Shown: positions 33,785 through 38,431 of the stretch, in pieces
How the letters are laid out: the number at the start of each line of letters is the position of its first letter
Position numbering within the stretch: position 1 is the first letter of the stretch
NCBI RefSeq assembly: GCF_001194135.2
Contig: NC_068982.1
Location: forward strand, 52,105,362 to 52,143,792
Source of the DNA: Octopus bimaculoides
Taxonomy: Eukaryota
Length of the DNA: 38,431 nucleotides
Direction of reading: 5' to 3'
Program-made: the position numbers and the translations under genes
The notes under the pieces: model-generated
Seen by the model: only the letters and a program-made list of their open reading frames with translations
Told to the model about the DNA's origin: nothing
The model's database searches: none

Positions 33785-35886
33785 ATCGATGGCTAACAAC
33801 CTCAGCATCTCAATGATGGTAAGTCCCTGTCAGCTGGTGATGTTGGGCTCGAAATCTTGGAGAACCTAACATAGTTCACAAACTTGTTCTCGTCCCAGAG
33901 TGTCCTTGCCTACATTCGTCCCCTGTTCTTTAGGGCCAAACTATTTGGTCTCACCAAACTCAACGGTAACCTCCGTCCCATAGCAGTTGGTTGTACTCTG
34001 CGACGGCTCACAGCAAAAGTATACCTGTTTTCAGTTTCTAGCTGCCTGACCGAGGAATTTTCCCATATTGAGCTAGGAGTGGGTACTAAGCTAGGTTGTG
34101 AGGCTGCTGCTCATGCCACCAGGGCTTTCATCAACTTGCCCTTTGAATCCCTAAAAGTCATCCTCAAACTTGACCGTCAGAATGCTTTTAACTCCATCAA
34201 TCGAGACGTCATTCTCCGCGCAGTAAGGGCGAACACCCCACCAATTTATCACTTTGCTTGGCAAGCCTATCACGAACCCTCCTACCTCTCGTTTGGTGAC
34301 CACTTCATCCCATCTTCCTCTGGAGTCCAGCAGGGTGATCCACTTGGTCCTGCCCTATTCGAATTGGGTATTGATGATTTTACCAAGATGGGAGCCGACC
34401 TAGACCTAAATGTCTGGTACCTCGATGATGCTTGTTTGGAAGGCCCTCCCGACAAGGTGCTTGCAACTGCAAGGACGATGATCGAGAAACTTGGTCGTAG
34501 AGGTCTTTGTGTTAACAGCTCCAAATGCGAGCTTTGGCTCTTCAACCACCCAGCTTTGCATGAGCAGACTACTAAACTATTTGTTGACTCCCTCCCCTCG
34601 ATCGTGATTCCTACTTCATCAGCGTGCTGTTCCTTTGGAGCCCCAATTATTGACCTAGCTTTCGAATCCATCTTTAGATCCAAAATGGATAACGTCGAAC
34701 AACTTTTTTTAAATCTTGGAGTAATTGAGCCCACCAAGGTTTTTTGATACTTAGGAATTACTTGTCTATTCCTAAGCTATTGCATTTTCTGAAAGTTAGT
34801 CCATCTTTCAGATTCCTATCGTCCCTCCAATACTTTGACGACCTAATCTTCAGCAAACTCGACTTAATGGTCGATGTCAAAACTCTCCCCAGACTCCTGC
34901 GACTAAGCTGCCTTGCCCAAACGGTTTGGGGGTCTAGGCAAGTGCTTGTCTTTATCTCTTCCCTGTTTTTTTTCTCTCCATCCACGCTTGCTCCCCTTTG
35001 GTAGGCAACATCCTCTCCTCTCCAACATAGACTAATTCCAACAGGGAGATGGATGAAGCTCTGTCAAAGTGGTGAAAGCTGGGTTTGTCAATTCCGGTTA
35101 CAGTAGAGGGAAGACGGAAACAGAGAGTATGGAACAATCTGCGTTCAGATGCCACTTTCAACTCTCTCCTTGATCAATTTTCAAGGTGTCGCCTACTTTC
35201 AGCTAGTACAAAATTCTCAGTGGACTGGATTGATGCCCTGCCTGTGGCCAACATTGGTAGTCTACTCAGTCTAGATGAACACCGCATCTCCATCGCACTC
35301 AGAGTGGGAGCTGACGTCTGTAGGTGACTGAGATGTTGCTATAGTAGGTTCGTCTTGTCGCTTCGCTCGTCACACTGAGCTAATCTTAATTATTAAGTGG
35401 ACCTGGCTCGGATTAATATCCCCTCAGATCTGGAGCCGTCGGGGTTATCCAGAAGTGATAGAAAGAGACCAGATAGTAGGGTAATCCTCTGTTCCTGGGT
35501 TAGAGGTAGGTGTCTCATTTGGGACGCCACAGTGTGACTCCTTTGCTCCTTCCTACATCCTGGATGCTGCAGTTAATGGGAAAGTCACTGCTTCCGTAGC
35601 CGAACGGAAGAAAACCTTGAAGTATCGGGACCTGACAGTGAATCATCTCTTCCAACCTGTGGTGTTTGAGACGTTCGGAGGAACTGGGACACTAACCGCG
35701 GAGTTCTCGTCAACGCTGGCAGCTCGCCTCACCGAGGGGGGTCAGGTGACGCCCTTGAGGCCTTTAGCTTTCCCAACGCCTTAGCTCCGCCTTCGCCCGT
35801 GGTAATGCTGCGAGTGTGATGATTTGCTTCAGTAGCTATTAAAACCTTGTGGTGTGTGACCAGTTGCTGTGATAAAAAAAAAAAAA
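33785..35886 (+). mobile_element. 5'-truncated, decayed CRE-clade non-LTR retrotransposon (RT + restriction-like endonuclease, poly-A tail)
   Basis: DG*QPQHL, LRPIAVG..LRRL..K, LGVG..GCEAAAHA, NAFNS, GVQQGDPLGP, WYLDD, LPKRFGGLG, RH..L, LEPSGLSRSDRKRPD, WDATV, AERKK..KY, FETFGG, QRLS..RGNAA; A13 at 35874-35886. Confidence 0.88.
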
Positions 35887-36500
35887 TTTCCCCTCTAATG
35901 GTTTCAATACAGTTTTAACAAAAAGATCTGAAAGAATTAGATGAAAGTTCTTCGGTAATGTTCTTTCAAGAAATGTTTATGTTAATTAAAAAATTTGCCA
36001 GCAAAATTTTATAAAATGGCAATGTTCTAAAAGATGTACATTTTCCAAAATTAAAATAAAGTTTTTATTTTTGTTTTTCTCTGAGTAAAAATTTAACCAA
36101 CTAATTATGTCGAAATTTTACAATAGTTTTTAATTCAGTTTTTGAAACTGTTATAACGGTAGACGAACGAAATATTACAATCGCGTTTCTTTCAAATTGT
36201 AATTATGTGAAAATAAGCTCTTTTATTGAGAATGGTTACAAAGGAAGAGCCGTGACGAGAGAGAGAGAGTGAGAGTGTGTGAGAAGAAGGAAGAGTTCAT
36301 TGAAACAGTTCAACTATTGACCAGTAAATAAACTTGAATCTTGTTCACAGACTTCGTGCTGCTTACTAGTCGATCCCTATGAACTACAAAGAAAAAAAAA
36401 AAAAAGAAGACAATGGTATTTTTGATTTATAACCCTGTACAGTCAGACTAATTTTTTTGAATTCTGTTGAGTGTACTTGTCCACTTTTACTTTCATACAG

Positions 36501-36540
36501 ACACAGTTGATACCATGTGTGTATCAGATGGACCGTTAAG
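36501..36540 (+). other. Candidate 40-nt exon of an unidentified downstream gene
   Basis: Acceptor ccacttttactttcatacAG| and consensus donor AAG|GTAAGT. Contains an ATG (MCVSDGPL) open to the donor. Confidence 0.4.
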
Positions 36541-36849
36541 GTAAGTTTTGAATTATTTTTGTATTAGAGATGATTTAACGTTTGTGTTGAAATTCATAAA
36601 AAAAAAAAATTCTGTTAGAGACATAATGTCTCTTGCAGGCCTTTAGTTTGAAACTACTTGTATTAGTTTTAAAGATTGTCACATCTTTATTACCGAATCA
36701 TTTTTTTTAAAAAGCCGGGACTTTTATTACTGAAAAAAGAAAGGGTAAATTACCAAAGAAAGTTGCATTAATTTTATTTTCAGTATAATTCTATTGCTCT
36801 TGTTCTGTTTATATTATATAGAATTTGTATTTCAAGCAAGGCTGTCTAG

Positions 36850-37185
36850 TTAATAAGCACGCTCTGCGACCGCGTGGTTTCAGGTTGTCTCACTGTGCGA
36901 CACATTGGACAAGTGTCTTTTACTATAGCTACAGACCTACCTGTTCTTTTTTTGGGGAATTTGGTAGACAGAAACTGTGTAGAATCCGGTGATGTAATAT
37001 GTGTGTGAATATGTTCCCCAACCACTTGATAACCGGTGTCGCTTTGTTTGCGTCCCTGTAACTTAGTGGTTTGGCAAAAAAGACTGATAGAATAAGTACC
37101 CCAGTTAACATAAGTACTGGGGTCGATTTGTTAAACTCTTGAGTGTTACCCCAGTATGGCCACAGTCTAATGACTGAAACAAGTA
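36850..37185 (+). mobile_element. tRNA-derived CORE-like SINE, diverged full length
   Basis: Head gctgtctagtaataagcacgct..caggtt, core acaagtgtcttttactatagc..tttggtagacagaaactg, shared 3' body. Confidence 0.75.
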
Positions 37186-38431
37186 TAATTTTTTTTTTTT
37201 TGAGATAACTGCAACATAACTGAATAATTAGAAAGGTAAAATATTTGAATTTGGCAAGACTTTCCCCATTTCAGTAAAAGGCGCAAAAAAAAAAAAAAAA
37301 AANNNNNNNNNNNNNNNNNNNNNNNNNNNNNNNNNNNNNNNNNNNNNNNNNNNNNNNNNNNNNNNNNNNNNNNNNNNNNNNNNNNNNNNNNNNNNNNNNN
37401 NNNNNNNNNNNNNNNNNNNNNNNNNNNNNNNNNNNNNNNNNNNNNNNNNNNNNNNNNNNNNNNNNNNNNNNNNNNNNNNNNNNNNNNNNNNNNNNNNNNN
37501 NNNNNNNNNNNNNNNNNNNNNNNNNNNNNNNNNNNNNNNNNNNNNNNNNNNNNNNNNNNNNNNNNNNNNNNNNNNNNNNNNNNNNNNNNNNNNNNNNNNN
37601 NNNNNNNNNNNNNNNNNNNNNNNNNNNNNNNNNNNNNNNNNNNNNNNNNNNNNNNNNNNNNNNNNNNNNNNNNNNNNNNNNNNNNNNNNNNNNNNNNNNN
37701 NNNNNNNNNNNNNNNNNNNNNNNNNNNNNNNNNNNNNNNNNNNNNNNNNNNNNNNNNNNNNNNNNNNNNNNNNNNNNNNNNNNNNNNNNNNNNNAAATTT
37801 TGAAATTGAGATTTTTGAAAATTTTTTTTCAGAATCGGAATCTCCATTGCCTAAAACGTGGGATTCCGTAAAAAAAAAAAATAAGTGGGGAAAGGTTCAG
37901 ATTACATATAGTCCATCTGGACCGTACTTTTCTATCTATCCATTCATTCATTGAGTTCTGTTTACCTGTTTTGCAATCACCAAACCTAAATACATTTATT
38001 AGCAATAGCTGAGATTCTTTCTTTTTTATTCTTAAATCTAATTCTAGAAATATTTTAGAAGATCGGAATTTCGTTAGATTGAGGCAGTACTGAGTTTGAA
38101 AATTCACGCTTAATAAATGCTGTTTTCTGTAACCCCGTTTAAAACGATTTCTCTCATTTGTCTAAAACACAGATATGTTTCAGAATTTCTAATTATTTTG
38201 TAGGCAATCTAGTTATATCGAAGGATAGCCATGTTGTATATTATGTGAAGCATTAAATTAGTCGTTTAACAAAATAAACTCCTTTAGTTTACTGATATGA
38301 TTGTAAAGGTATATTTCGAAAATTGGGGCTAATCCAGTTTCTTACCTCTCCTTGAAAAATGCCTTTTTTCGAAAAACAATTTTCGGATCCCTACTTTTTA
38401 TATGTCGGAGATTACGAATATGCAAAAAAAA

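Noticed and set aside
36507-36530. Hairpin as an iron-responsive element
   Set aside because: The loop is CAUGUGU, not CAGUGN, and there is no bulged C at the right position.
3048-37847. Long ORFs full of X (3048-3743, 18535-19610, 21689-22357, 32933-33280, 37167-37847)
   Set aside because: They are open only because they cross N gaps.
1-38431. CRISPR array or prokaryotic system
   Set aside because: There are no regularly spaced direct repeats with unique spacers, and the window is intron-containing eukaryotic DNA.

Overview
AT-rich animal genomic scaffold segment with five N gaps. It is most likely cephalopod (Octopus-like), judged from the SINE, Penelope and microsatellite content; this is inference. 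One host gene is clearly present on the + strand: the SUMO E2 enzyme Ubc9/UBE2I. Five of its six expected coding exons are visible (12942-24659) with canonical splice sites and the catalytic Cys93. The ~80-nt penultimate exon is absent and probably lies in the gap at 21769-22303. The rest of the window is transposon-derived: fragments of a CR1-like LINE, RTE LINEs, Ty3/Gypsy pol, mariner and maT/Tc1-like transposases, many tRNA-derived SINEs, MITE-like palindromes, a Penelope-like GIY-YIG fragment and a 5'-truncated CRE-clade (RT + restriction-like endonuclease) retrotransposon. The most unusual structure is a Penelope-associated unit in which a tRNA-like (pol III A/B box) head is joined to a minimal hammerhead-ribozyme-like tail. 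It occurs twice, once as a TSD-flanked fold-back with two inverted hammerhead cores. No CRISPR arrays, rRNA or bona fide tRNA genes are supported.
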